From the NCBI GenBank assembly GCA_041737295.1, contig JBGSSA010000030.1, forward strand, positions 24,193 to 88,192: a stretch of DNA of 64,000 nt, read 5' to 3'. The translations under genes were made by a program, and so were the position numbers. Shown here piece by piece: positions 1 to 9,814 of this stretch. The notes beneath the pieces are model-generated. The model saw only the letters and a list, made by a program, of their open reading frames with translations. It made no database searches and was not told the origin of the DNA. This DNA comes from Bacteroidales bacterium (GTDB lineage Bacteria; Bacteroidota; Bacteroidia; Bacteroidales; UBA10428). Positions within the stretch are counted from its first letter, which is position 1, and each line of letters starts with the position of its first letter.

Positions 1-1
1 C

Positions 2-334
2 TATCTCACCTCCGCCATCATCGGCGGCGTAATCATGGGTGTCGGCTTCATCATTGGCGGATATTGCCCTGGAACCAGCTTCTGCGGTCTTTCAATCGGC
101 AAACTCGATGCACTTGTTTTTATCATCGGACTGTTTATCGGGGTTGGAATATTCGGCGCAGGCTACAACTGGTGGGAAGGCCTGTATATGGCTAAATTCC
201 TGGGATCCCCAAAGATAAGCACCTCGCTTGGCCTGACTGACGGAGTATTTGCCCTCATTCTCATTATAATTGCCCTGGGTATGTTCCGGGGTGCTGAATG
301 GGCAGAAAAGAAATTTCCCCGTGCAGATTATTGA
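2..334 (+). CDS. YeeE/YedE-family sulfur-compound transporter (5'-truncated by window edge)
   Basis: Frame is open from base 2 (YLTSAIIGGVIMGVGFIIGGYCPGT); GxCPGT motif within Gly-rich TM helices. Confidence 0.85.
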   Translation, partial: YLTSAIIGGVIMGVGFIIGGYCPGTSFCGLSIGKLDALVFIIGLFIGVGIFGAGYNWWEGLYMAKFLGSPKISTSLGLTDGVFALILIIIALGMFRGAEWAEKKFPRADY

Positions 335-362
335 TTATCGTTAACTTTAAAAAAAAAATAGT

Positions 363-989
363 ATGAAACCCTTATTCTGGCTCGCTATATTCGTAATCCC
401 ACTGGGATTGATCATTGCAGCTGTACCGCAGAATACAACACATCCCTATAAGCTCTCGGCTTCTGAACTGCTGAATGAGGCCAACGCGCGGACACAATTT
501 ATTGCTCCCGAAACCGTGGCCGATATGATCGTGAAAAAGGATCCCACCCTCCAGCTGATTGATGTCAGAAGCCAGGATGAATTTGAGAAATTCAGTCTTC
601 CCGGCGCCATAAATATTCCCATCACCGATCTTTTATCTGAAACGAACCTGTCACAATTCGATCAGGATGTGAAAATGAACGTTTTTTATGCAAACAGCAC
701 AGTGGTGGCCAACGAGGCCTGGATGATAATCCGGCAACTGGGTTATTCAAACATTTATGTCCTGGAAGGTGGAATGAATTACTGGTTCGAAGCTATTCTT
801 AACCCGGGTAAACCTTCATCGCTAAGCTCAGATGAGGAATTCGCAAAATATGATTTCAGGAAAGCCGCTGCACAGGCTCTTGGCGGGGGAACAGTAAGTA
901 CCCTCCCTGCTGAAGGCAATGCAGTCCCTGCTCCCAGGCCCGCCATCAAGGCCATTCCGAAAAAGAAGAAAGCTGCAGGCGGTTGCTAG
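363..989 (+). CDS. Membrane-anchored rhodanese-like protein with C-terminal KKKKAAGGC tail
   Basis: N-terminal hydrophobic helix; LIDVRS...SLPGAINIP...YVLEGG rhodanese motifs; usual Cys position reads FYANS. Confidence 0.85.
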   Translation: MKPLFWLAIFVIPLGLIIAAVPQNTTHPYKLSASELLNEANARTQFIAPETVADMIVKKDPTLQLIDVRSQDEFEKFSLPGAINIPITDLLSETNLSQFDQDVKMNVFYANSTVVANEAWMIIRQLGYSNIYVLEGGMNYWFEAILNPGKPSSLSSDEEFAKYDFRKAAAQALGGGTVSTLPAEGNAVPAPRPAIKAIPKKKKAAGGC

Positions 990-994
990 TACTT

Positions 995-1261
995 GGGGTC
1001 GGACCGAGCTAAATAATTTATATACAATATTTTGATTACAATTTTTTGCCTATTTTTAGTCTTAGAGCCCTGTTTTTAACCCTTTTTTTGACCTTCTAAT
1101 AGATCTTAACATTATGAATCAGAATGTGATTTTATACTTTCTGATTCAAAAATATCTTAGAAGGCCATTTTCCATACCAAAAATGAAGCTCTAAGGTCAA
1201 AAAATGACCGTTTTTATTATTTAATAAATTAAAATACAATTATTTAGCTTGGTCCGACCCC
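995..1261. mobile_element. 267-bp AT-rich foldback / MITE-like element with 24-bp terminal inverted repeats
   Basis: GGGGTCGGACCGAGCTAAATAATT (995-1018) vs reverse complement of 1238-1261 match 23/24; three further internal inverted blocks; no ORF; no clear target-site duplication. Confidence 0.6.
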
Positions 1262-2415
1262 GATATACCAGACCGTAAACCGGTAATTGCACCGGTAAGC
1301 TCTTCGATGGCGTAATCGATCTCTCCTTCAGTGGTATAGCGCCCCTGGCTCAGTCTCACCGTGTTGTGAAGCAGATCTGGCCTAATTCCCATTGCCTGCA
1401 ATACATGCGAAGGCTCACGCGTTGAGGAAGAACAGGCTGCCCCTGAACTCAAAGCGAGTTTACTGCTGAGACGGTACAGCAAAAGCTCACTGTCCACTCC
1501 TTCAATAGAGACATTCGTAATATGGGGAAGACGGTTTTCAGGATCTCCGTTCAGAAACACACCCCCTAATTCAAGGATTGCTTTTTCAAGCCGGTTTCGC
1601 CATATAACCAGGTTCCTGCCGGGCGCTTCGGTCTCTTCCGCAGCCAGCTGTGCGGCTTTTCCAAAGCCAACAATGCCGGGCACATTCAATGTTCCGCCCC
1701 GGTAACCCCTTTCCTGTTTCCCGCCACTGATTTGCGCACTGACCTTCATACGACGGTTTCGGCTGTTTTTGTAAAATGCCCCGATCCCTTTGGGACCATA
1801 CATCTTATGGGCAGTAAAGGCCATCAGGTCAATCCCGTCTTCCACCACGCTGAGTGGGATCTTACCCACAGCCTGTGTGGCATCTGAAAAGAACACAATT
1901 CCATGCAAGTGGGCAATAGCCGATATTTCTTTAACAGGATTTATTACCCCTGTCTCATTGTTCGCATACATTGCCGCAATGACCTGGGTGGCCGGCCTGA
2001 TGGAATCCTCCAGTTCATTCAGATCCGGCAACCCCCTGCTGTTTACACCCAGCATGGTAACCAGGCAGCCTCTCTCCTGCAATAGCTTCACTGTCTCAAG
2101 CACTGCCTTATGTTCAGTGCCCAGGGTGATAATATGAGGATGGGGTACCGGGGAATTATCTATTACTCCTTTTAGCGCGAGATTGCACGATTCAGTTGCC
2201 CCACTTGTAAAAATGATTTCTGCCGGCTTCGAACCGATCAAACGCCCAATATGGGTTCTTGCCTTTTCCACTGCTTCCTCCGCTTCCCATCCATAGCGAT
2301 GAAAATGGCTTGCCGGGTTGCCAAAATGCTGTCCGAAAAAGGGAAGCATGGATTCAATCACCCGCTCATCACAGGCAGTTGTGGCACTATTGTCGAAATA
2401 AACCGGCTGCTTCAT
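1240..2415 (-). CDS. iscS: Cysteine desulfurase (IscS/NifS class I)
   Basis: YFDNSATT, FGNPAS, TSGATES, HKMYGPKG (PLP Lys), SSGAACSS (catalytic Cys). Confidence 0.93.
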   Translation of the reverse strand: MKQPVYFDNSATTACDERVIESMLPFFGQHFGNPASHFHRYGWEAEEAVEKARTHIGRLIGSKPAEIIFTSGATESCNLALKGVIDNSPVPHPHIITLGTEHKAVLETVKLLQERGCLVTMLGVNSRGLPDLNELEDSIRPATQVIAAMYANNETGVINPVKEISAIAHLHGIVFFSDATQAVGKIPLSVVEDGIDLMAFTAHKMYGPKGIGAFYKNSRNRRMKVSAQISGGKQERGYRGGTLNVPGIVGFGKAAQLAAEETEAPGRNLVIWRNRLEKAILELGGVFLNGDPENRLPHITNVSIEGVDSELLLYRLSSKLALSSGAACSSSTREPSHVLQAMGIRPDLLHNTVRLSQGRYTTEGEIDYAIEELTGAITGLRSGISGSDQAK

Positions 2416-2571
2416 CAGCTATTTCCTTTTGGTATGAAACAAATCAAAAATTCAATTGTTTATCCCTTTAAACACATCTCCTTGATAAATGAATACAGCT
2501 TATACGTTTCATCTTCAGCTTATTCCGAAACCGCAGATTCTTTCTGAATACTAATTTAAATCTGTCGAAAC

Positions 2572-3042
2572 ATGTCCATTCAGCTTACAATTAACAAAAA
2601 GGCATATGACTTAGACGTAGATCCCCAAATGCCCCTGCTTTGGGTGATACGTGATTATGCAGGATTGAAAGGCACAAAATACGGGTGTGGCATTTCACAA
2701 TGTGGTGCCTGCACCATCCATCTCGACGGCGTGGCTGTGCGTTCCTGCCAGTTGCCCGTTTCCGCCGTAACAGGCAAGAAAATTACAACAATTGAAGGAT
2801 TGTCTGAAAATATTGACCATCCCGTGCAACAAGCATGGATTAAAGAACAGGTGCCGCAATGCGGATATTGCCATTCAGGGCAGATTATGACAGCCTCCGC
2901 TTTCCTGAAACAGAATCCCAAACCCACCGATCTCGAAATTGATACTGCCATGATGGGTAATCTTTGCCGTTGCGGTACTTATAAACGAATCCGGGCTGCC
3001 ATCCATACGGCTTCCGGTTTGATGCAAACTTCTGATAAATGA
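2572..3042 (+). CDS. 2x[2Fe-2S] small subunit of xanthine-oxidase-family oxidoreductase (IorA-like)
   Basis: [27 protein letters not shown] motifs. Confidence 0.93.
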   Translation: MSIQLTINKKAYDLDVDPQMPLLWVIRDYAGLKGTKYGCGISQCGACTIHLDGVAVRSCQLPVSAVTGKKITTIEGLSENIDHPVQQAWIKEQVPQCGYCHSGQIMTASAFLKQNPKPTDLEIDTAMMGNLCRCGTYKRIRAAIHTASGLMQTSDK

Positions 3043-3062
3043 ATCCGAAATAACCAGGCGCT

Positions 3063-5240
3063 ATGCAAAACACGAACTCCATTGGCCGTCGAAATTTCCT
3101 CCGTTTAACAGGTATTACAGGCACTGCATTTATTCTTGGTTTTAAACCGGCAATATCCAATGGAATGCCTGCCATTCTCAACCTGAGCGGACGGGCCGAC
3201 CTGTATCAGCTGACCCCCTATATCATTATCGAAAAATCGGGACTGATCACCATCATGAACCCCAAACCGGAAATAGGTCAGGGAACTTACCAGTCCATCC
3301 CGGCCCTCATTGCTGAAGAACTTGAAGTTTCACTTGATCAGGTTACCATACAGTCGACATCCGGTGAGAAGGGATATATCGATCAATCGGTCGGAGGAAG
3401 CTCCTCGGTTAGGGGAAACTATGAGACGCTGCGAAAAGTGGGCGCTTCTGCCCGATACATGCTTATCCAGGCTGCGGCCGGTTCTTTAAAGGTACCCGCT
3501 TCAGAATGCTATGCGGATAATGCCCGGATTATCCATAAACCCACAGGTAAAAGCCTGGGTTATGGTGAGCTGGCAGAAGCAGCAGCTAAACTGAAGGTGC
3601 CTGATAACCCGGCATTAAAGGATCCGAAGGATTTTAAAATTTTGGGGAAACCCGATCCCAGGCTCGATATTCCAATGAAAGTATCGGGCAAAGCGGTATT
3701 TGGAATTGACGCGGAAGTCCCGGGTATGGTGTATGCCTCGGTTGAACATTGTCCTGTTTTTGGCAGCAAGCTTTTGAGCTTTGATGAAACCGAAACCCTC
3801 AAAGTAAAAGGAGTACAGAAGGTTGTAAAAATACAACGCGTGATGGCCAAAAACCGTCATGATGCAGTTGCCGTTGTGGCAGATAACTATTGGTCCGCAC
3901 TTCAGGGCAGGAAGAAGCTGAAAGTTAAATGGGATTACCTGGGGAATGACAAATTCAATACAACAGATTACGAGAAACATCTCAGGGAATTATCCAAAAC
4001 AGATGGCATCACGGTACACAACGAGGGTGACTTTGAAAAAGCGTTCAACGCATCGGACCAGAAACTGGAAGCTTTTTATGAAACCCCCGTTGTATCGCAC
4101 TCACCGATAGAACCCATGAATGGGCTGGCGCACTGGCGCGAGGATGATAAAGTTGAGATCTGGACATCATCTCAGGGTGCCGACCTGATCAAAAACCAGG
4201 TTTCAGAGGCTTTGAATATCCCTGAAGACCGAATCATCCCGCATGTTCTTTTCAGCGGAGGTTCATTTGGCAGAAGACTCCTGTCAGATTTTGCATCGGA
4301 AGCCGCTATGATTTCACATGCAGTCGGCAAACCGGTGAAAGTAATATGGACCCGTGAAGATGATACACAACTGGGGCCCTTCAGGCCGATGACCTTTTCT
4401 GCTATGAAAGGGGCTCTCTCGCCGGATGGCAAAGTCATCGCCTTTCAGCATAAGGTGATATCCCCCTCCATTGAGGCTACAATGAATGAATCCTATGACA
4501 AATCAAAAGCAGACGGCACTATGGTGGAGGGAATCAACGAACAGAAATATGAGTTCCCCAATATGAAGAATTCATATATCTACGCCGACATCTATATACC
4601 GTTATATTACTGGCGTGCTGTGACAAGCACCACGCTGGCCTTTGCCCACGAGTGCTTTATCGATGAAATGGCCATCAAGGCTAAAAAGAATCCGCTGAAC
4701 TTCAGGCTTGAACACATGACGAAGGATTCTGACGCGAAACGCGTACTGACCCGCCTCCGTGAGTTTTCAGGCTGGGACAAACCGCTGCCCGAGGGATGGG
4801 GCCGGGGTGTTGCTCAATATGAATTTTTTGCCGGACTGGCCGCCCATGTTGTGGAAGTATCAAAACAACCCGGAAACGGCATAAAGGTGGAAAAGGTATA
4901 TTGCGTAATTGACCTGGGTACAGTGGTGAATCCCGATAATACAAATGCCCAGGTTGAAGGTTCTATCGTAATGGGAATAACAGCAGCCGTTAAAGACGGG
5001 ATCACTTTTGAAAACGGCATGTCAAAACAGACCAATTTTCATAATAGCCCTATCCTTCGGATCAACGAAATGCCAAAGGTAGAAGTACTTATCCTGGCAG
5101 AAGGAGGACCTGTGATCAAAGGAGTGGGCGAACCCGGACTTCCGCCGGTGGCACCTGCACTGTGCAATGCCATTTTTGATGCAACAGGAACCCGGATCAG
5201 ACGATTGCCGGTAGATCTTAAAAACATAATCAAAACCTGA
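3063..5240 (+). CDS. Molybdopterin-binding large subunit, isoquinoline 1-oxidoreductase beta (IorB)-like, Tat-exported
   Basis: GRRNFL twin-arginine leader; PEIGQG, GGSSSV, GGSFGRR, GVGEPGLPPVAPA motifs. Confidence 0.92.
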   Translation: MQNTNSIGRRNFLRLTGITGTAFILGFKPAISNGMPAILNLSGRADLYQLTPYIIIEKSGLITIMNPKPEIGQGTYQSIPALIAEELEVSLDQVTIQSTSGEKGYIDQSVGGSSSVRGNYETLRKVGASARYMLIQAAAGSLKVPASECYADNARIIHKPTGKSLGYGELAEAAAKLKVPDNPALKDPKDFKILGKPDPRLDIPMKVSGKAVFGIDAEVPGMVYASVEHCPVFGSKLLSFDETETLKVKGVQKVVKIQRVMAKNRHDAVAVVADNYWSALQGRKKLKVKWDYLGNDKFNTTDYEKHLRELSKTDGITVHNEGDFEKAFNASDQKLEAFYETPVVSHSPIEPMNGLAHWREDDKVEIWTSSQGADLIKNQVSEALNIPEDRIIPHVLFSGGSFGRRLLSDFASEAAMISHAVGKPVKVIWTREDDTQLGPFRPMTFSAMKGALSPDGKVIAFQHKVISPSIEATMNESYDKSKADGTMVEGINEQKYEFPNMKNSYIYADIYIPLYYWRAVTSTTLAFAHECFIDEMAIKAKKNPLNFRLEHMTKDSDAKRVLTRLREFSGWDKPLPEGWGRGVAQYEFFAGLAAHVVEVSKQPGNGIKVEKVYCVIDLGTVVNPDNTNAQVEGSIVMGITAAVKDGITFENGMSKQTNFHNSPILRINEMPKVEVLILAEGGPVIKGVGEPGLPPVAPALCNAIFDATGTRIRRLPVDLKNIIKT

Positions 5241-5243
5241 AAA

Positions 5244-5663
5244 ATGAAATATTTCCTTATATTATTAGTTCTGACCTTTCCGGTTGCTTTCAATGCCACC
5301 GTTCACCCGCCGCTTATTCCTCCGCAGGATGAAGTATCTAAAAGCATTGAGAGGGGAAAGGAAGTTTATACAGCCCAATGTATGAGTTGCCATATGGCAA
5401 ACGGTGAAGGACTTACCGGTGTTTACCCTCCACTTGCCGGTTCCGACCATCTTACTAAAAACCAGGATAAATCGATTAAAATCCTTCTGACAGGTCAGAA
5501 TGAAGAGATTACTGTAAATGGAATAAAATATTCCGTACCAATGGCAGCCATGAATTCACTGACCGATCAACAGATTGCCGATGTCCTTAATTATGTGGGC
5601 CGCAGCTGGGGAAACCAGTTTGATGCAGTTACGCCGGCACAGGTCAAATCGAAGCGAAACTGA
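5244..5663 (+). CDS. Monoheme class I cytochrome c
   Basis: Signal peptide; CMSCH heme motif; YPPLAGS; distal Met (VPMAAM). Confidence 0.92.
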   Translation: MKYFLILLVLTFPVAFNATVHPPLIPPQDEVSKSIERGKEVYTAQCMSCHMANGEGLTGVYPPLAGSDHLTKNQDKSIKILLTGQNEEITVNGIKYSVPMAAMNSLTDQQIADVLNYVGRSWGNQFDAVTPAQVKSKRN

Positions 5664-5705
5664 ATACTTCTTTCCGCTAAACCGGCCATTACCTGATGAA
5701 AATGT

Positions 5706-6872
5706 ATGAAAGAGATTTCTGATATACTGGCAGAATATAATAAGATCAGGTCAGCCGGCCGAAAGGCTGCACTGGCCACTGTTGTGCGTGTTGAAGGATC
5801 TTCATACAGACAGCCGGGTGCCAGGATGCTGATCAGCGATGAGGGTGGCCTTACAGGTGCCATCAGCGGCGGGTGCCTCGAAGGAGATGCCTTGCGTAAA
5901 GCACTGCTCGTGATTGCACGAGGCAAACCCATGCTCGTTACCTATGATACAACGGATGAAGATGATGCCACACTGGGGATCGGCCTGGGATGCAGCGGCA
6001 TCATTCAAATTTTGATTGAACCGGTTGAGGATGAAAATCCTGAAAATCCCATCCGGTTGCTCGAAACTATCGTCAGCAAAAGACAGAAATGTGTGCTTTC
6101 CACTTTTTTTACTGCAGGTGAACAGCAGGAACTTCAATTCGGAACCTGCGTGGGGTACGCACAAAATGGACAGATCTCAGGCTCAATACCCGCCCTGATT
6201 AAAAAACAGGAAGTGTTTTCCGCCATGAAACAGGCTTTATCTGAAAAAGGATCTGTCATTCATCATGAAACCGGGAAAATTCCCGGTATATCCGTGCTGA
6301 TGGATGTTATCAGTCCGGCAGTTCACCTTGTTATCGCCGGGGCCGGCAATGACATCATACCGGTAACGAAAATGGCCGGAGTATTGGGCTGGCAGGTTAC
6401 GGTCCTGGATGGAAGACCTTTTTATGCTACCTGTGCCCGTTTTCCTGATGTTCACCAGGTACTTGTTACCGATGCATCGGAGGCATTGTCGAAAATTACA
6501 ATGGATGAGAATACGGCATTCGTGCTGATGACGCACAATTACAATTATGACCTTGCCCTGCTTTTACAATTGGTTAAAAAGGAAGTACCCTATATCGGAA
6601 TTCTTGGCCCCAAAAAGAAATTCAACCGCCTCCTGGAGGATTTGGTCCGGCAAGCCGATCAGGGCGATATACGCATGGATAACCTGTATAGTCCGGTTGG
6701 CCTTGATATAGGCGCTGAAACAGCGGAGGAGATCGCATTGTCCGTGATGGGAGAAATAAAAGCCGTACTGTCCGGGAAACCGGGAAATTCATTGAGAGAT
6801 AAATCTGATCCCATTCACAAGCCACTGCCTGAAACAGAGATGGCCGATAATAAAATACAGGCTGAATTTTAG
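5706..6872 (+). CDS. xdhC: XdhC/CoxF-family Moco insertion chaperone
   Basis: EGSSYRQPGARM, GAISGGCLE, GLGCSG, MTHNY, SPVGLDIGAETAEEIALS. Confidence 0.9.
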   Translation: MKEISDILAEYNKIRSAGRKAALATVVRVEGSSYRQPGARMLISDEGGLTGAISGGCLEGDALRKALLVIARGKPMLVTYDTTDEDDATLGIGLGCSGIIQILIEPVEDENPENPIRLLETIVSKRQKCVLSTFFTAGEQQELQFGTCVGYAQNGQISGSIPALIKKQEVFSAMKQALSEKGSVIHHETGKIPGISVLMDVISPAVHLVIAGAGNDIIPVTKMAGVLGWQVTVLDGRPFYATCARFPDVHQVLVTDASEALSKITMDENTAFVLMTHNYNYDLALLLQLVKKEVPYIGILGPKKKFNRLLEDLVRQADQGDIRMDNLYSPVGLDIGAETAEEIALSVMGEIKAVLSGKPGNSLRDKSDPIHKPLPETEMADNKIQAEF

Positions 6873-6902
6873 TCTGGTTAAAAAGTATAATTAACTGACA
6901 AC

Positions 6903-7499
6903 ATGCACTTACCCGGAATTGTCATTCTTGCAGCCGGCTCATCCTCACGGCTCGGCCAGCCCAAGCAATTGCTGGAGTTTCAGGGGACTACCCTGATACG
7001 GCGTATTACGCAGTCTGCTGTCGATGCGGTTAATACCCCTGTGGTGATTATCCTTGGGGCCAATTGCAGTTTGATCAAAAACCAACTCACCCACCTGCCT
7101 GTTCACATTGTTTTCAATCCTGACTGGCCGGAGGGAATTGCCTCATCCATACGAAAAGGTCTTATGGCCTTGCTGTATTATTCACCTGACACGGAAGCTG
7201 CCCTGTTTGCCGTTTGCGATCAACCTTATATTACCCCTGATTTGTTTCGTGAAATGATCTCTGCCGGCGACAAAACGCAAAAACCCATAGTGGCCTGCCG
7301 CTATAATACGATTTTGGGTACTCCGGTCCTTTTTAAAAAAGAATATTTTGAAATGTTACTGGCGCTGAAGGATAATGAGGGAGCACGAAAAATAATACAA
7401 ACACATGCTGAATCCGTTGAAGCTGTGCCATTCCCCCTGGGAATTTATGATGTGGATACCCTGCAGGACTATGCTGATCTGCAAAATGAACTGATATAA
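6903..7499 (+). CDS. mocA: Molybdenum cofactor cytidylyltransferase (MocA-like)
   Basis: ILAAGSSSRLGQPKQLL, CDQP, DVDT; context beside xdhC and a XO-family enzyme. Confidence 0.8.
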   Translation: MHLPGIVILAAGSSSRLGQPKQLLEFQGTTLIRRITQSAVDAVNTPVVIILGANCSLIKNQLTHLPVHIVFNPDWPEGIASSIRKGLMALLYYSPDTEAALFAVCDQPYITPDLFREMISAGDKTQKPIVACRYNTILGTPVLFKKEYFEMLLALKDNEGARKIIQTHAESVEAVPFPLGIYDVDTLQDYADLQNELI

Positions 7500-8480
7500 A
7501 TGCTGAAAGATACTTTTAACCGGGTTCACGACTATCTGCGGATATCCATAACGGATAACTGTAACCTCCGCTGCTTTTATTGCATGCCCGAGGAAAACTA
7601 TATACATACCCCATCATCAAGGATGATGCAGGCAGACGAAATCGAAAAGCTGGCCCGGATATTTGTGGATCTTGGCGTGAAAAAGATCAGGCTTACCGGT
7701 GGAGAGCCCCTGTTACGGAGCGATGCCGGAAAAATTATTTCATCGCTTGCGAAAATGCCGGTTACCCTCACCTTAACAACAAACGGGACACGGCTTCCGG
7801 AATATCTTGATTTACTGCATGATTCCGGTGTACGGTCAATCAACATTTCCCTGGATACCCTCATGCCCGTGACTTTTAACCTGATCACCCGACGTGACCA
7901 GCATTCGCGTGTGCTGGATTATATATACCTGGCCCTCGCAAAAGGCATGCGCATAAAAATAAACATGGTAGTCATGAATGGGATCAACGATAGCGAAATC
8001 AATGATTTCGTGCGCTGGACCCGCGATGTTCCCGTTCATGTGCGGTTTATCGAATTCATGCCATTCAGCGGAAACCGGTGGACAAGCAATAAAGTGATCA
8101 CCTGGCAGCAGATCTTGTCGAAGATACAGCAGCAATTTGACTATGTGCCAATTCCCGGTAAAGTACATGATACGGACAAAAAATACAGCATTCCCGGCCA
8201 TGCCGGCACATTTGCAGTGATTAGCCCCATGAGCGCCCCATTTTGCGGGGATTGCAACCGGCTTAGGCTTACATCCGACGGAAAAATGAAAAACTGCCTT
8301 TTCTCAACCGGTGAAACAGATCTGCTCACTCCGTTACGAAACGGCCAGGATATTATTTCCCTCATCCATGAATCGCTTCACAGCAAGCATGAAAAACTCG
8401 GAGGACAGTTTTCCGGGGAATACAGCCTTGTGAATTCCGGTGAACTGAAGAACAGGACAATGATCTCCATTGGCGGCTAA
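7500..8480 (+). CDS. moaA: GTP 3',8-cyclase (radical SAM)
   Basis: CNLRCFYC, C-terminal CGDCNRLR...C, ends ISIGG. Confidence 0.96.
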   Translation: MLKDTFNRVHDYLRISITDNCNLRCFYCMPEENYIHTPSSRMMQADEIEKLARIFVDLGVKKIRLTGGEPLLRSDAGKIISSLAKMPVTLTLTTNGTRLPEYLDLLHDSGVRSINISLDTLMPVTFNLITRRDQHSRVLDYIYLALAKGMRIKINMVVMNGINDSEINDFVRWTRDVPVHVRFIEFMPFSGNRWTSNKVITWQQILSKIQQQFDYVPIPGKVHDTDKKYSIPGHAGTFAVISPMSAPFCGDCNRLRLTSDGKMKNCLFSTGETDLLTPLRNGQDIISLIHESLHSKHEKLGGQFSGEYSLVNSGELKNRTMISIGG

Positions 8481-8506
8481 ACAATCCGGAACAAAATCGA
8501 GAGAAA

Positions 8507-8734
8507 ATGGAAGTTCAGGTATATGGCAGGCTGACAGATATTATGGGAAATGCAGCGTTTGATCAGCAGGGAGTTGAAAATACCGACCAGCTCAGACAGC
8601 AATTGCTTCTCCTCTACCCCGGATTATCAGGCATTGATTATGCAATCGCCGTAAATAATCAGATTGTGCGGGGAACCCATCCACTGCATAAAGAAGATCA
8701 TGTTTCGCTGCTTCCACCCTTTTCAGGAGGCTGA
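8507..8734 (+). CDS. moaD: Molybdopterin synthase sulfur carrier
   Basis: 75 aa ubiquitin-like protein ending LLPPFSGG. Confidence 0.92.
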   Translation: MEVQVYGRLTDIMGNAAFDQQGVENTDQLRQQLLLLYPGLSGIDYAIAVNNQIVRGTHPLHKEDHVSLLPPFSGG

Positions 8735-8737
8735 GAG

Positions 8738-9814
8738 ATGAATGAATTCAATCCTTATGCCAGGTACCACCCGCAAATGATCCTGAATGGATTCGGCGAG
8801 ACGGCGCAGCTGAAGCTGAAACATGCCAGGGTATTTGTGGCCGGCGCCGGGGGCCTGGGATGTGCTGCCTTGCAATACCTGGCTGCTGCAGGCATTGGCA
8901 CTATCGGAATTGCAGACGATGATGTGGTACAGGTCGGAAATCTTCACCGGCAGGTATTATATACTATGCAGGACGTAGGTTTATTAAAGGCCGATACGGC
9001 AGCCGCGTGGCTCATGAAAATGAATCCTGAAACTGAGATTCATGTTTACCCGGTACGGCTGACTATTGATAATATTAATGACATCATTGCTGATTATGAT
9101 GTTATCCTGGACGGAACTGATAACCGTGAATCAAAATACCTGATCAATGATGCCTGCGTTTCAGCAGGAAAGCCCCTTGTATTTGCCGCCATTTCAGAGT
9201 ACGAAGGTCAGCTGGCCATATTCAATTACCCGCCCGGCTCACCGGACGCAGCCAATTACAGGGATGTATTCCCGGATGCTTCATCAATGCAGCCTTCCTG
9301 CCAGGAAGCCGGGGTGCTGGGCGTATTACCGGGCATTATCGGATGCATGCAATGCAATGAAACGATCAAACTCATTACCGGAATCGGGAAACCCCTCGTT
9401 AACCGGATATTGATCTATAATGCACTTACAAACCAGGTGAATGAATTTTCAATTGGGGTCCCCCTCTCCGGGGTGGGTACCACACCAAATGAATCTGCCC
9501 TTGAAATAGAACCGGCGGAGTTTGATGAGATGCTTACCCAACGGAATATCACTGTAATTGATGTGAGAGAGAACAATCACAGGCTGTCTCCGGCAGATTT
9601 TCAACATATTTGTATTCCGCTTTCTGAATTGCAGGCAAATCTGCCGGTTATTTCAGGCGATATGATTGTCACCTTTTGCGAAAGAGGGATCCTGAGTCTC
9701 CATGCAGCGAAAATGCTCAAAGATGCTTTCGGGCAGGAGCAAAAAGTGTACAGCCTGAAGCACGGATTGTATTATTGGAATTTAACCAACCGGAAAAAGG
9801 AACATGAGCGATAA
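8738..9814 (+). CDS. moeB: MoeB/ThiF adenylyltransferase with C-terminal rhodanese
   Basis: GAGGLG, NLHRQ, PSCQEAGVLG, C-terminal IDVRE...FCERG. Confidence 0.9.
   Translation: MNEFNPYARYHPQMILNGFGETAQLKLKHARVFVAGAGGLGCAALQYLAAAGIGTIGIADDDVVQVGNLHRQVLYTMQDVGLLKADTAAAWLMKMNPETEIHVYPVRLTIDNINDIIADYDVILDGTDNRESKYLINDACVSAGKPLVFAAISEYEGQLAIFNYPPGSPDAANYRDVFPDASSMQPSCQEAGVLGVLPGIIGCMQCNETIKLITGIGKPLVNRILIYNALTNQVNEFSIGVPLSGVGTTPNESALEIEPAEFDEMLTQRNITVIDVRENNHRLSPADFQHICIPLSELQANLPVISGDMIVTFCERGILSLHAAKMLKDAFGQEQKVYSLKHGLYYWNLTNRKKEHER

Noticed and set aside
995..1261. Tn3-family or other named IS assignment, suggested by the GGGG ends
   Set aside because: The IR is only 24 bp, there is no 5-bp target duplication (TACTT vs GATAT) and no transposase; the family cannot be assigned without a search
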